Assembly (NCBI GenBank): GCA_964490215.1
Contig: CAZBAM010000003.1
Coordinates: 1,489 to 65,488, forward strand
DNA from: Candidatus Micrarchaeota archaeon
GTDB taxonomy: Archaea; Micrarchaeota; Micrarchaeia; Anstonellales; Bilamarchaeaceae
Length of the DNA: 64,000 nt
Reading direction: 5' to 3'
Made by a program: the position numbers and the translations under genes. Shown one piece after another: positions 28,587 through 37,479 of the stretch. The stretch's first letter is position 1. Every line of letters begins with the position of its first letter. Below the pieces are notes generated by a model, which was not told the DNA's origin, ran no database searches, and saw nothing but the letters and a program-made list of their open reading frames with translations.

Positions 28587-28642
28587 GGTGCACCTCTCCG
28601 AATTTCATGGTCCTGTCAATCAAAAGTTCATCCGTGGATTCT

Positions 28643-29572
28643 TCATTCGTATATCTTTATCCCAAGCTTCTCAGTGGCCATGGTGAAGAAAGACTGCGGG
28701 GGAATGACTCCGGCCTCGGTTATGTAGCCGTTTATGTACTTGGCCGCGGTGGCCTCAAAGGCCGGGTTCCTGATCTTCACGCCCCTCGGCGGCTTCTCCC
28801 ACACCTCGGCGTGGTCCCGCTCCTCTATCTTTTCCAGGGTGCCGAAAATGGTCATGGGGCTGTACTTGTAAAGCTCTGCCGCGCTGTAGAACGACACGTC
28901 GTTAATCCTCGCCAGGTGCGCTAGCGCGGACGTGCCTATCTTGTTTATCAGGTCCCCGCGGGACGTGACCGAGTCAGCGCCGACTATGATAATGTCGGCC
29001 TTCTTCATGAACAGGTTCATGGCGCCGTCCACCGCGAGGGTGACGTCTATGCCGGCGCCGGCCAGCTCGCCGGCGGTGGTCCTCCCCTGGAAGCGCGGCC
29101 TGGTCTCAAAGCAGACGACCGAGAACTTCTTGCGCATCTTTTTCGCTTCAATCATGACGTGCGTGGAACTTGAGGAATGGCAGTGCGTCAGGACGAGCGC
29201 GCCGTCCGGTATGAGCTTCGCACCGTAGGTCGCGAGCCTTTTCGCGTCCTCGTCCATCTTCGCGAGCACCTCTGCCTCGTGGTAGCTGAGGCATTTCGCC
29301 AGCGCCTTCACGTCGCGCTGCCTTCTCTCGCTCTCGACGACGCTGCGGACCGCCTCGTCAAGCAGGTTGCGCATCATGGGCTCGGTGGGCCTGCTGAGGG
29401 AAAGCGTTTCGGCCACCGAAGCCATCTCCTTACGGAACGCCATCGCGTTCCGTGCCCTGGAGTTCTTCGCTGCGATTATGAGCGCATTCAGGGCCTCCTT
29501 CGCGACGTTGCGGGCGCCCTGTATCTTCAGGGATTTTATGTCCCTGACTATGCGCTCCACGTCCTTGTGCAT
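28643..29572 (-). CDS. Ribose-1,5-bisphosphate isomerase (eIF2B-like fold)
   Basis: IQGARNVA, SRPTEPM, LTHCHSS, ETRP, GADSV, NKIGT, NPAFEAT; co-directional with AMP phosphorylase. Confidence 0.88.
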   Translation of the reverse strand: MHKDVERIVRDIKSLKIQGARNVAKEALNALIIAAKNSRARNAMAFRKEMASVAETLSLSRPTEPMMRNLLDEAVRSVVESERRQRDVKALAKCLSYHEAEVLAKMDEDAKRLATYGAKLIPDGALVLTHCHSSSSTHVMIEAKKMRKKFSVVCFETRPRFQGRTTAGELAGAGIDVTLAVDGAMNLFMKKADIIIVGADSVTSRGDLINKIGTSALAHLARINDVSFYSAAELYKYSPMTIFGTLEKIEERDHAEVWEKPPRGVKIRNPAFEATAAKYINGYITEAGVIPPQSFFTMATEKLGIKIYE

Positions 29573-29637
29573 GCCCAGCTACACCCAGCCATATTTTAAA
29601 AATGCTGGCGTGCAATAGTAACGATTGGTGGAGAGTC

Positions 29638-29904
29638 ATGAAACTAGCTTATGCAAATGCAGACCATGAAATGAAATCGCGCGTTCCGTTCCGCAACGCG
29701 CTCCTGGCCGCAGGCGCGCTCGCCGTCCTGTCCTCGCCGTTCGCGTTAAACCCTGTTTTCGCGGCCAAGGCACCGGCGCTGGAAAAAACCGTCAATAAGG
29801 CGGCTCCTGCCGAAAACAAACCTGACACTGCGGAGAAAGCGATATGCTACACGATTTTCGCCTTGGGTATGGCGGTGTTTATTTACAAGTATCGCCTGAA
29901 ATAG
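29638..29904 (+). CDS. Small secreted/membrane-anchored hypothetical protein
   Basis: Signal-peptide-like segment ending VFA and a C-terminal hydrophobic helix followed by KYRLK. Confidence 0.4.
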   Translation: MKLAYANADHEMKSRVPFRNALLAAGALAVLSSPFALNPVFAAKAPALEKTVNKAAPAENKPDTAEKAICYTIFALGMAVFIYKYRLK

Positions 29905-29922
29905 ACTGCGAACTGCCGCTGG

Positions 29923-30183
29923 CTACCAGTCGCCAAGGGTCCTGACGGTTCTGTGCCGGAGGTGCCTCGGGGTCTTCACACTGCAACCGTATGGGAGTGC
30001 CTCGCCGATGAGGCGCGGGTCCTCCATGAAATGCTTTGACATGAGCTGCGCAGTGACGCTCCCGCTCTGCTCCAGGCGTCTCCCAAGGGCGTAATGATGG
30101 GGACTGTCAGTGGGATGATGACTTATGCTACTGACGTTGAAAATGACCGTTCTGATCTCCCTTCCGTTTCTATTTCCTGTCAT
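29923..30183 (-). CDS. Hypothetical protein
   Basis: 86-aa ORF downstream of rpl12; no motif. Confidence 0.3.
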   Translation of the reverse strand: MTGNRNGREIRTVIFNVSSISHHPTDSPHHYALGRRLEQSGSVTAQLMSKHFMEDPRLIGEALPYGCSVKTPRHLRHRTVRTLGDW

Positions 30184-30274
30184 GCTATCGCCATCTTACT
30201 CCCGCGTTGCTTCTGCGTGAAAAATGGAAATATGAAGATAAAAAAGGGAAATAAAAGAAAAAAGAATGGAAACT

Positions 30275-30583
30275 TCAGCCGAACAGAGACGCCAAGCCTT
30301 CAGCGGCCTGCTCCTCCTTCTTGCCCTCGTCTTCCTTCTTCTCCTCCTTCTTGGGCGCAGCAACAGGTGCAGCAGCCGCAGGGGCCGCAGCCACCATCAT
30401 GGACTGCTTGAGGATGTCCTCAAAGTTCACGCCCTTGACCGCCTCGGCAAGCACCTTCGCCTTGGCCTCGTCAGCCTCGGCGCCGCTCGCCTTTATAACG
30501 GCCAGTATGCCTTCCTTGCTGACTGCCTTTCCCGCACCGTGCAGAAGGAGCACGGCATGCAAATATGGGTCTATTTTCGTCAT
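30275..30583 (-). CDS. rpl12: 50S ribosomal stalk protein P1/L12
   Basis: Y.HAVLLLH.AGK, Ala-rich hinge, C-terminal EEQAAEGLASLFG. Confidence 0.96.
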   Translation of the reverse strand: MTKIDPYLHAVLLLHGAGKAVSKEGILAVIKASGAEADEAKAKVLAEAVKGVNFEDILKQSMMVAAAPAAAAPVAAPKKEEKKEDEGKKEEQAAEGLASLFG

Positions 30584-30595
30584 TTCAACACCTCT

Positions 30596-31462
30596 TCATT
30601 TCTTCTCCGCGCTTTCAAGAGCCATCCCCTGCCTCATGGCAGAGGTGAGAAGCTGCTCTATAGAGCTGGATGAGTATACGTTGGCGTTCAGTGCGAGGCT
30701 GACCGACTGCTTGAATGCGCTGCCCAGCAGCATCCCTATGTTCTGGGACGTCGGGTAGCCCGTGTTTAACGAAAAATTCACTGCCTGCGAAAGGCTCGCC
30801 GACAGGTCCGGCACGATGGTGTCGCCCATGTCCAGCAGTTCCCTGGAGTAGCTGTACTCCCCGTCCGAGGCCGTTATCATGTTCGCCATTATCTCAAACG
30901 GCATCACGCCGAGCGTCTGGAGCGCCTTGACTTTAGGCGTGGTGAGCTTCTCGCCTGCCTTCGCCACGGTGCTCTCCTTGGTGATTGCTATCTTGCCGGC
31001 CTTTATCTGGACGTTCAGCCCTCCTGCCTTGAGTTCCGAGAGCGCCGGTCCGGGCGGGAGGTCTGTTTCGCCCTCAGGGACAATTATGTCCGTGACGGCG
31101 ACGTCCCCCACCTTCGCAGCCCTTCTCTTCCTGTTCTGCTTGAAGAACGAGTTTATCTCGTAGGGCGAGTGGTTCGTGTAGATGAGCGCCACGGGCTTGT
31201 CGCAGTCGGCTACGTGCGTCTTCAGCTTCGGGTTGGCCGCGAGCACGCGGCTGATTACCGGCTTCTTGAGCACCAGCACCCTTCCGCCGTCCTCCCTTAT
31301 CCTCTTCCTCAGGGACTGGAACAGCGAGGTGGGCAGCCTGCGCAGGTCCAGGAGCGCCACGGTCCTGTATTTCTTCATGTCGCTTATCGCGTCGCGCACC
31401 TGCTCTATCTTCTCCTTCACCGCCTTCCTGTTGGCGTCAACCTTGTATGCCATGAACATCAC
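30596..31462 (-). CDS. rpl10: 50S ribosomal protein uL10 (P0)
   Basis: AKVGDVA..DI.VP.G.T.LPPGP.LSEL..GL...I..GKI.I motif. Confidence 0.95.
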   Translation of the reverse strand: MMFMAYKVDANRKAVKEKIEQVRDAISDMKKYRTVALLDLRRLPTSLFQSLRKRIREDGGRVLVLKKPVISRVLAANPKLKTHVADCDKPVALIYTNHSPYEINSFFKQNRKRRAAKVGDVAVTDIIVPEGETDLPPGPALSELKAGGLNVQIKAGKIAITKESTVAKAGEKLTTPKVKALQTLGVMPFEIMANMITASDGEYSYSRELLDMGDTIVPDLSASLSQAVNFSLNTGYPTSQNIGMLLGSAFKQSVSLALNANVYSSSSIEQLLTSAMRQGMALESAEKK

Positions 31463-31463
31463 C

Positions 31464-32096
31464 TTACAACGCCTTCGCGGGCTTGCCCATAGTCAGCTTC
31501 ACATAGACCGACTTGATGTTGCCCTCGGTTACCTTGGCCTTTACCGCGTCATACACGGTTTCGGCGTTCTCCAGCAGCTCGTCCGGGCTCATGCTCTCGC
31601 TGCCGATGAGCGCCTGCACTGTGGGCAGGCACCTTCCCCTGGACACTATCCTGACCGACTTCTTGGAGCGTTCTATGAGTTCCCGGATGTTGCCGACGAT
31701 GGGCTTGGGCAGCTTACCCCTCTTGCCGAGGTATTGGCCGAGCGCCTTTGCCACCTGGCCCATCAGGTTGGGCTGGGCCAGCAGGAAATAATGGTCGGCA
31801 AGGTCGGTTATCCTTTCCTTGGCCGCGTATGCCGTCAGTTCCGGAGGCGTTATTATCAGTTCCGCGCCAGCCCTCCTGGCCTCGTCTGCCATGGAGCCGT
31901 CGGCTATGACCGCCGACCTGAGCTCCCTGCCACCCTTGCCCTTCGGCAGGACGACGTCCAGGTTGAGCCTGTTGGAACTCTTGGTGAAGTCAATGCCGCG
32001 CATGTTGATTATTATCTCCACGCTCTGCTTGAACTTCCTCTTTTCCCTGTCTTCCAGTGCCTTCCGCACGGCTTCTATCAGTTTCTTCCTGTCCAT
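31464..32096 (-). CDS. rpl1: 50S ribosomal protein uL1
   Basis: RKFKQSVEIIIN, LGKRGKLPKP, N.KSVYVKLTMGKP; start ATG 32096. Confidence 0.96.
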   Translation of the reverse strand: MDRKKLIEAVRKALEDREKRKFKQSVEIIINMRGIDFTKSSNRLNLDVVLPKGKGGRELRSAVIADGSMADEARRAGAELIITPPELTAYAAKERITDLADHYFLLAQPNLMGQVAKALGQYLGKRGKLPKPIVGNIRELIERSKKSVRIVSRGRCLPTVQALIGSESMSPDELLENAETVYDAVKAKVTEGNIKSVYVKLTMGKPAKAL

Positions 32097-32183
32097 GATA
32101 AGCAACCCTCCTACTCGCATGAGTAGTGCTTTCGGGTAAGACGTTTATTCCGGCGATGATTTTATAAAGATAGCGGGACGCGC

Positions 32184-32432
32184 TCATCCGTATACTGTTT
32201 CCCGGTTGCCGATTTTCAGGACTTCCAGGGTTTGCGCCTTCTCGTTTATGTCAATTATTATCCGGAGCTTCCCCACCCTGAGCCGGTAGGCATTGAGTCC
32301 CGTCAGCCGCCTCGCATACCTGTGGGGCTGGACGGATATCCTTTCAAGAACCCCCAGGACCCGTTCCTGCATCTCGCCCGGCAGGCCGAGAAATTCCTTC
32401 TCTGCGGATTTGGCGAAGACGGCCCTATACAT
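32184..32432 (-). CDS. relE: RelE/ParE-family toxin
   Basis: Y...F.KSAEKEF..L, YRLRVGKLRII, IGNRETVY. Confidence 0.88.
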   Translation of the reverse strand: MYRAVFAKSAEKEFLGLPGEMQERVLGVLERISVQPHRYARRLTGLNAYRLRVGKLRIIIDINEKAQTLEVLKIGNRETVYG

Positions 32433-32646
32433 GCTTCATCCTCGCCTTCAGTTCAGCCAGTGTCACGACTTTGCCTTCCCTGACCTCGGCCCGCGCTTTT
32501 TCTATGGCCTTTACGAACTCCGGGTTCAGGGCGAGATGGTCCTCTACCAGGTCTTCTATGACCTCCTCGTAGCTCTCGCCGTCGCTTATCTTGATGGTAT
32601 CCAGCTTCTTCTTGAGGACGTCGGATATCTTAATAGTGGTATACAT
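32425..32646 (-). CDS. Antitoxin partner of RelE
   Basis: TTIKIS..K..L, ESYEEVI.DL, EVREGKVVTL; overlaps toxin start. Confidence 0.8.
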   Translation of the reverse strand: MYTTIKISDVLKKKLDTIKISDGESYEEVIEDLVEDHLALNPEFVKAIEKARAEVREGKVVTLAELKARMKHV

Positions 32647-32678
32647 AAGTATACCTTTGGTATAATTAGGTTTATAAA

Positions 32679-33647
32679 TTATTGCACGAGGCTGATGGCG
32701 TTGAACATGAGCCCGATTACCACGAACGAAAAGGCCAGTATCGCTATGAAGATTCCGATCAGCTTCGGTTTCAGCACCTTCCGCAGTATTATCATCTCCG
32801 GGAGCGACAGCCCGGTCACGCTCATCATGAACGCCAGCGCGGTCCCCAGCGCCATGCCCTTTCCCATCAGCGCCTGGACGACCGGTATGGTTCCAACTGC
32901 GTTGGAATAGAGCGGGATGCCGACGAGCACCGCGACTGGCACCGCGAGCGGATTATCCGCGCCTGCGACCGAAGCGAGGAAATCCTCCGGCGCGTACCCG
33001 TGGATGAGCGCACCGATGGCTATGGCAAGGACGATGTAAGGCCCGACATTCCAGACGATGTTCCCGGTCTGCCCTTTGGCGAATGCGAGCCGCTCGTCCC
33101 ACGTCCATTTCTTCTCCTTCACTCTGCCGGCCCTGCCCTTGTAGACGAAGTCCTCCACCTCGCCCTCCAGCTTCAGCCGCCCGATTATGACGCCGCCAAC
33201 TACCGCGATGGCGAGGCCTGCGCCCACGTAAAGCGCGGCCACCTTCCAGCCGAATAGCGCGAGCAGCAGCGCAATCGCCGTTTCGTTGATGAGCGGCGCG
33301 GAAATGAGGAACGAGAACGTTATGCCGAGCGGGATGCCTGACTCCACGAAAGCTATGAAAAGCGGCGCCGCCGAGCAGGAACAGAACGGCGTCGGCACGC
33401 CCAACAGCGCGGCAAGGACGTTTCCCGCGCCCTCCTTCCTGCCGCCCAGCAGCTTCCTTATCCTCTGCGGCGTGACGAACGTGCGCACGACGCCGATGAG
33501 AAAGACCATCACGGCAAGGAGCAGCACGACCTTTATGGTGTCGTATATGAAGAACGCCAGCGCCTCGGTTCCGGCTTCGCCTGCCTTCATGCCGAAGCTG
33601 CCGAGCAGCCAGTATGCGAAATCCTCAAGAACTCCCATTCCAATCAT
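32679..33647 (-). CDS. Permease (DUF318/ArsP-like)
   Basis: TPFCSCSAAP, FLISAPLINE, GIPLYSN, FMMSVTGLSLPEMIIL. Confidence 0.88.
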   Translation of the reverse strand: MIGMGVLEDFAYWLLGSFGMKAGEAGTEALAFFIYDTIKVVLLLAVMVFLIGVVRTFVTPQRIRKLLGGRKEGAGNVLAALLGVPTPFCSCSAAPLFIAFVESGIPLGITFSFLISAPLINETAIALLLALFGWKVAALYVGAGLAIAVVGGVIIGRLKLEGEVEDFVYKGRAGRVKEKKWTWDERLAFAKGQTGNIVWNVGPYIVLAIAIGALIHGYAPEDFLASVAGADNPLAVPVAVLVGIPLYSNAVGTIPVVQALMGKGMALGTALAFMMSVTGLSLPEMIILRKVLKPKLIGIFIAILAFSFVVIGLMFNAISLVQ

Positions 33648-33715
33648 TCCATGCCAGCGATGGGCAGGACTGACAGTGTCGTTTGTCCATTAAAAAGATT
33701 GGTGAAGGCCTGCGC

Positions 33716-33829
33716 TCAAAGCTCGCCTACGCGCCGCTTCATCTTCCTCTTGAGCCGCTTGCGCTTCTTCTTCACCCATTTCCAGCGCATGCGGTTCTTC
33801 TTTTTCCATTTCCGCGGTTTGGAACCCAT
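33716..33829 (-). CDS. rpl41e: 50S ribosomal protein eL41 (missed by ORF track)
   Basis: MGSKPRKWKKKNRMRWKWVKKKRKRLKRKMKRRVGEL, 37 aa, GAGGT RBS. Confidence 0.9.
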   Translation of the reverse strand: MGSKPRKWKKKNRMRWKWVKKKRKRLKRKMKRRVGEL

Positions 33830-33831
33830 AA

Positions 33832-33930
33832 TCATGACCTCCTGACGACCTCACCGGAAATGGAAAGACACGGCCCAGCGGGCCGGGCAGATTTCCATTT
33901 CCGCGGCTTGCTACCCATAATCATGACCTC
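33832..33930 (-). promoter_or_regulatory. Leader/uORF duplicating the rpl41e RBS and first 9 codons, with hairpin
   Basis: 39-nt direct repeat 33803-33841 vs 33892-33930 (36/39 identical); 28-aa uORF 33918-33832; 12-nt inverted arm 33855-33866. Confidence 0.7.
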
Positions 33931-34025
33931 TGCAAATCTCAGCATGAGCAATTGACGACATACGATTCGCGGATTTGATAATTAATGCTTCGGCTTAAAT
34001 AGCTTTCGCCTTCCGGCCGGTTTTT

Positions 34026-34505
34026 TCAGGCCGCCGGCTGCTCCAGTAGCGCCTTTACGCGCTCGTACACGCGCGTTATGTTCTTCCAGTGGCTGCCCTC
34101 CCAGTAGATTTTCCCGCACGAGGCGCATTTCCAGAACTTATGCTGCGCATTCGCCACGCTTTCCGGCACGTCGTTCCTGACGCCCTCCGCGTCCACGACG
34201 CCGAGTTCGCCGTTGCATTTCGGGCAGCGCGTCTTTTCAGGGAACGTCATTTGCACGCCCGCATCCCTGATTATCCTGGCTATCTGCTCCTCGCGGTCGT
34301 CGCTTTTCAGGAATATGCACCGGACGTGCTGTTTCTGGCATCGGCCGAACAGCTCACTGTCGCGCGTGACGAAAACCAGGTTCCCCTTTTTCGCGTATTC
34401 AAGAAGCCAGCTGTCGCTTTTGCCGGTTATGAACTGCGCGTCAATGCCCAGCACCCTGCACCACGATGCGGTGCGCCTGAGCATCTCATCAAGAAGGACT
34501 GCCAT
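34026..34505 (-). CDS. Mut7-C RNase (PIN-like) domain protein
   Basis: LLDEMLRR.ASWCRVLG.D, TRDSEL, RCPKCNG, FWKC..CGKIYWEGSHW; start ATG 34505. Confidence 0.9.
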   Translation of the reverse strand: MAVLLDEMLRRTASWCRVLGIDAQFITGKSDSWLLEYAKKGNLVFVTRDSELFGRCQKQHVRCIFLKSDDREEQIARIIRDAGVQMTFPEKTRCPKCNGELGVVDAEGVRNDVPESVANAQHKFWKCASCGKIYWEGSHWKNITRVYERVKALLEQPAA

Positions 34506-34810
34506 CAGCTGAGTGAGACCTTGACGAACACGTTGGTCGGGACCTTTATCCTGAGAATCTGCTTTATGTACTTCTCGTCGCCTTCCACGTCGCAGAGGCG
34601 CTTTGAAACCCGTTTTTCCCAGTGCTCGTAGGTGTCGGTCCCGTCCCCGCATGGCGTGCGCCTGCAGGAAATCTCAAGCTTCCTCCTCGGGAGCCTGACC
34701 GGGCCGGTGAACCTCATGCTGAGCATCCTGGAAAGCTCCTTTATCTGCGATACCACGTTGTCAAGGGCCGAAGGGTCCACTCCGCTGAGCCTGATCCTGA
34801 TTTTTGTCAT
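34505..34810 (-). CDS. rps10: 30S ribosomal protein uS10
   Basis: KIRIRLSG, GPVRLP, RRTPCGDGTDTYEHWEKRVSKRL. Confidence 0.93.
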   Translation of the reverse strand: MTKIRIRLSGVDPSALDNVVSQIKELSRMLSMRFTGPVRLPRRKLEISCRRTPCGDGTDTYEHWEKRVSKRLCDVEGDEKYIKQILRIKVPTNVFVKVSLS

Positions 34811-34986
34811 ATTGTGCCTCTGTAAATGCAAAATTTGCGGATTTTATATTATTTACAAACCTATTTAAAGTTGCCAGCGCCGGACGCAGGTTCCTGCCCC
34901 CAGCCTCATATGCCTATTTTTCTACTTTCCATAACATTTAAAATAACGTTGGTGGCCGTATTACACAGATATGGCAGCATCACCGA

Positions 34987-35355
34987 GTGATTCACATGCA
35001 TGAGCACGAAGGCAACGACATCGCGGTTTTCCATTCACGGACGCCGATGAGCGATTTCATCAATACCACCTCCAGGCTTTCCACCATCACCAACGTGGGG
35101 TATGGCGAGCCAGGCATGACTCCCCTGGACCAGCCAGGCGAGGCGGCGGCCCGCATGCAGCTTAACCGCATCTCTTCGGTATCCCTTGTCCACGACGTGG
35201 AGTGGGGCGGTCCATCACGCAAGGGACCGACCGTCCGGGATGCCGCCATGACGCAGAAGTACCTTGAAGCGACAAGTATCCGGAACCGCACCATGAAATT
35301 ATCTGCCGTCAATCCACAGGCAGCCGCGCCACGCGTCCTGCCGCTCCGCAGGTGA
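34987..35355 (+). CDS. Hypothetical protein
   Basis: 122-aa ORF after an AT-rich promoter region; no motif. Confidence 0.4.
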   Translation: MIHMHEHEGNDIAVFHSRTPMSDFINTTSRLSTITNVGYGEPGMTPLDQPGEAAARMQLNRISSVSLVHDVEWGGPSRKGPTVRDAAMTQKYLEATSIRNRTMKLSAVNPQAAAPRVLPLRR

Positions 35356-35428
35356 AGCAACGTTTATAAAATCCCGCTGGGATAATGATTCCTGATTCTT
35401 GGATAATACGATAGCCAGAGGCGGTAAC

Positions 35429-36397
35429 ATGCAGAAGAACGTAAGGCATTTAGTGACACTGAAGGACTACGACGGGAAGTGGATGAATGGCATAGTCAGG
35501 AACGCGATGGCCATAAAGTCCAGGCCGCAAAAGTTTTCCGGTATCCTCGAGGGAAAGACGCTCGCGATGCTTTTTGAAAAGAAATCCACGCGCACCCGCC
35601 TCTCGTTCGAAGCCGGGACCGCCATGATGGGCGGCCATGCGGTGTACCTCGACCAGAATACCACGCACATCAAATTCGATTCCATTCCCACGGAGGCGAT
35701 CTGCATCTCCCGGTACGCATTCGCCATCCTCGTGCGGCCGCTCAAGCACGTGACGCTGGAGGAATTCACGCGCTGGAGCACGGTGCCTGTCATAAACGGC
35801 TGCTCGGAATCCGACCACCCCTGCCAGGCGCTCGCTGACATCATGACCATACGCGAGAAGTTCGGAGGTAGGAAAGGCATAAAAGTCGTCTACCTGGGAG
35901 TCGCGAACAACGTCAGCAACTCGCTCTCGCTCGCATGCGCGGAAACCGGGGCGCAGTTCGTCCTGTGCACTCCAGCCGGGAAAAAAGGGAAGGATCCTGA
36001 TGCGAACGACCCTGAACTGATGAGGCGGCTCGCCGCAACCGGGCGCTACAGCGAGGAGCCGGACGTCACGAAGGCGGTGAAGGGCGCCAACATACTATAT
36101 ACCGACACCTGGGTGAACATGGAGTTCCAGGGCGACAAGCGTCTGATGACCACACGCGAGCGCCTTCTCCGGAACTACCAGCTCAACGAGCGTATCCTGG
36201 AACTGGCAGGCCCGCAGGCGTTCGTCATGCACGACCTGCCCGCTTATGAAGGCAAGGAGATAAGCACGGGCGCGCTGCTCGGGCCGCGCACCGGCTACGA
36301 GAACATCCCCCAAAATTGCCTCTGGCCGTACCAGGCGGAAAACCGCATGTGGGCGCAGATGGCCGTGATGCTGGACCTGCTGGGTGTAAAGCGATGA
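35429..36397 (+). CDS. argF: Ornithine carbamoyltransferase
   Basis: FEKKSTRTRLSFE, HPCQALAD, YTDTW, HDLP (variant of HCLP), AENR; clustered with carAB. Confidence 0.88.
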   Translation: MQKNVRHLVTLKDYDGKWMNGIVRNAMAIKSRPQKFSGILEGKTLAMLFEKKSTRTRLSFEAGTAMMGGHAVYLDQNTTHIKFDSIPTEAICISRYAFAILVRPLKHVTLEEFTRWSTVPVINGCSESDHPCQALADIMTIREKFGGRKGIKVVYLGVANNVSNSLSLACAETGAQFVLCTPAGKKGKDPDANDPELMRRLAATGRYSEEPDVTKAVKGANILYTDTWVNMEFQGDKRLMTTRERLLRNYQLNERILELAGPQAFVMHDLPAYEGKEISTGALLGPRTGYENIPQNCLWPYQAENRMWAQMAVMLDLLGVKR

Positions 36398-36410
36398 AGG
36401 CGGTGTTCGG

Positions 36411-37472
36411 ATGAAGGCAGTGCTCGCGCTCAAGGATGGCACGATAATCCATGGAACAGGATTCGGAGCCATGGCAGAGAACGTGGGCGAGCTCGTCTTC
36501 AACACCTCCATGACAGGATACGAGGAGGCGCTCACGGACGCGAGCTACGCCGGCCAGATCCTGCTCATGACCTACCCGCTCATGGGCAACTACGGGATAA
36601 ACGGCAGGGACCGGGAAAGCGGCAGGGTGCAGCCGGCCGGCTTCGCAGTCCGCGAACTCAGCCCTGACCACGAGCACAGGCAGGCGAACCAGTCCCTTGA
36701 CGCGTTCCTGAAGCAGCACGGCGTGCCTGGCATGACCGGCATAGACACCCGCTCCCTGGTGAGGCACATCCGCGACAAGGGCGTGATGCCAGCCATAATC
36801 GCAACGTCGGAAAAGGACCTGGACGTGAAGAAGCTCGTGGAGCGGATGAACCGGTTTGACTACTCGTCGGTGGATTTCGTCAGGGAGGTCAGCACGAAGA
36901 AGGCGCAGGTGTTCGGGAAGGGCGGGAAGAAGAAGGTCGCGCTCATGGATTACGGCGTGAAGATGGGCATCGTGCGGGAGCTGGTGAAGCGCGGCTGCGA
37001 GGTGCACCTCCTGCCGTGCGACGCGACCGCAGCTGACGTGAAGGCCCTGGAGCCGGACGGTGTCATGCTTTCCAACGGCCCGGGCGACCCGGCGATACTG
37101 AAATACGCGCACGAGGCGATACGCGGGCTGGAGGGATACCGGCCGATGTTCGGCGTGTGCCTGGGCAACCAGCTCATCGCACACGCGTTCGGCGGCGACA
37201 CGTTCAAGCTGAAGTTCGGCCACCGCGGCTGCAACCACGCGGTCCTTGACGTGAAGGCCGGGAAGACCGCAATCACGACGCAGAACCACGGCTTCGCGGT
37301 CGGGAAGGTGCCCAAAGGCTTTGAAGTTTCCCACGTAAACGTGAACGACAAGAGCGTGGAGGGCATGCGCAGCGAGAACAAGGCGATTTTCTCTGTCCAG
37401 TACCACCCGGAGGCGTCGCCGGGGCCGCACGACTCGCGGCACCTGTTTGACGATTTCATAAAGATGATATGA
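36411..37472 (+). CDS. carA: Carbamoyl-phosphate synthase small subunit
   Basis: GELVFNTSMTGY, GIDTR, LSNGPGDP, GVCLGNQ, QNHGF, QYHPEASPGPHD. Confidence 0.97.
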   Translation: MKAVLALKDGTIIHGTGFGAMAENVGELVFNTSMTGYEEALTDASYAGQILLMTYPLMGNYGINGRDRESGRVQPAGFAVRELSPDHEHRQANQSLDAFLKQHGVPGMTGIDTRSLVRHIRDKGVMPAIIATSEKDLDVKKLVERMNRFDYSSVDFVREVSTKKAQVFGKGGKKKVALMDYGVKMGIVRELVKRGCEVHLLPCDATAADVKALEPDGVMLSNGPGDPAILKYAHEAIRGLEGYRPMFGVCLGNQLIAHAFGGDTFKLKFGHRGCNHAVLDVKAGKTAITTQNHGFAVGKVPKGFEVSHVNVNDKSVEGMRSENKAIFSVQYHPEASPGPHDSRHLFDDFIKMI

Positions 37473-37479
37473 CGCTGAT

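Noticed and set aside
29923-30183. Possible paralogy with the 34987-35355 ORF (LEQSG/LDQPG, LRHRTV/IRNRTM)
   Set aside because: Similarity too short to judge by eye; needs a profile alignment
36229-36243. HDLP instead of HCLP in the carbamoyltransferase as a sign of new specificity
   Set aside because: STRT and HPCQ motifs and the carAB context fit ArgF; a single substitution is insufficient evidence
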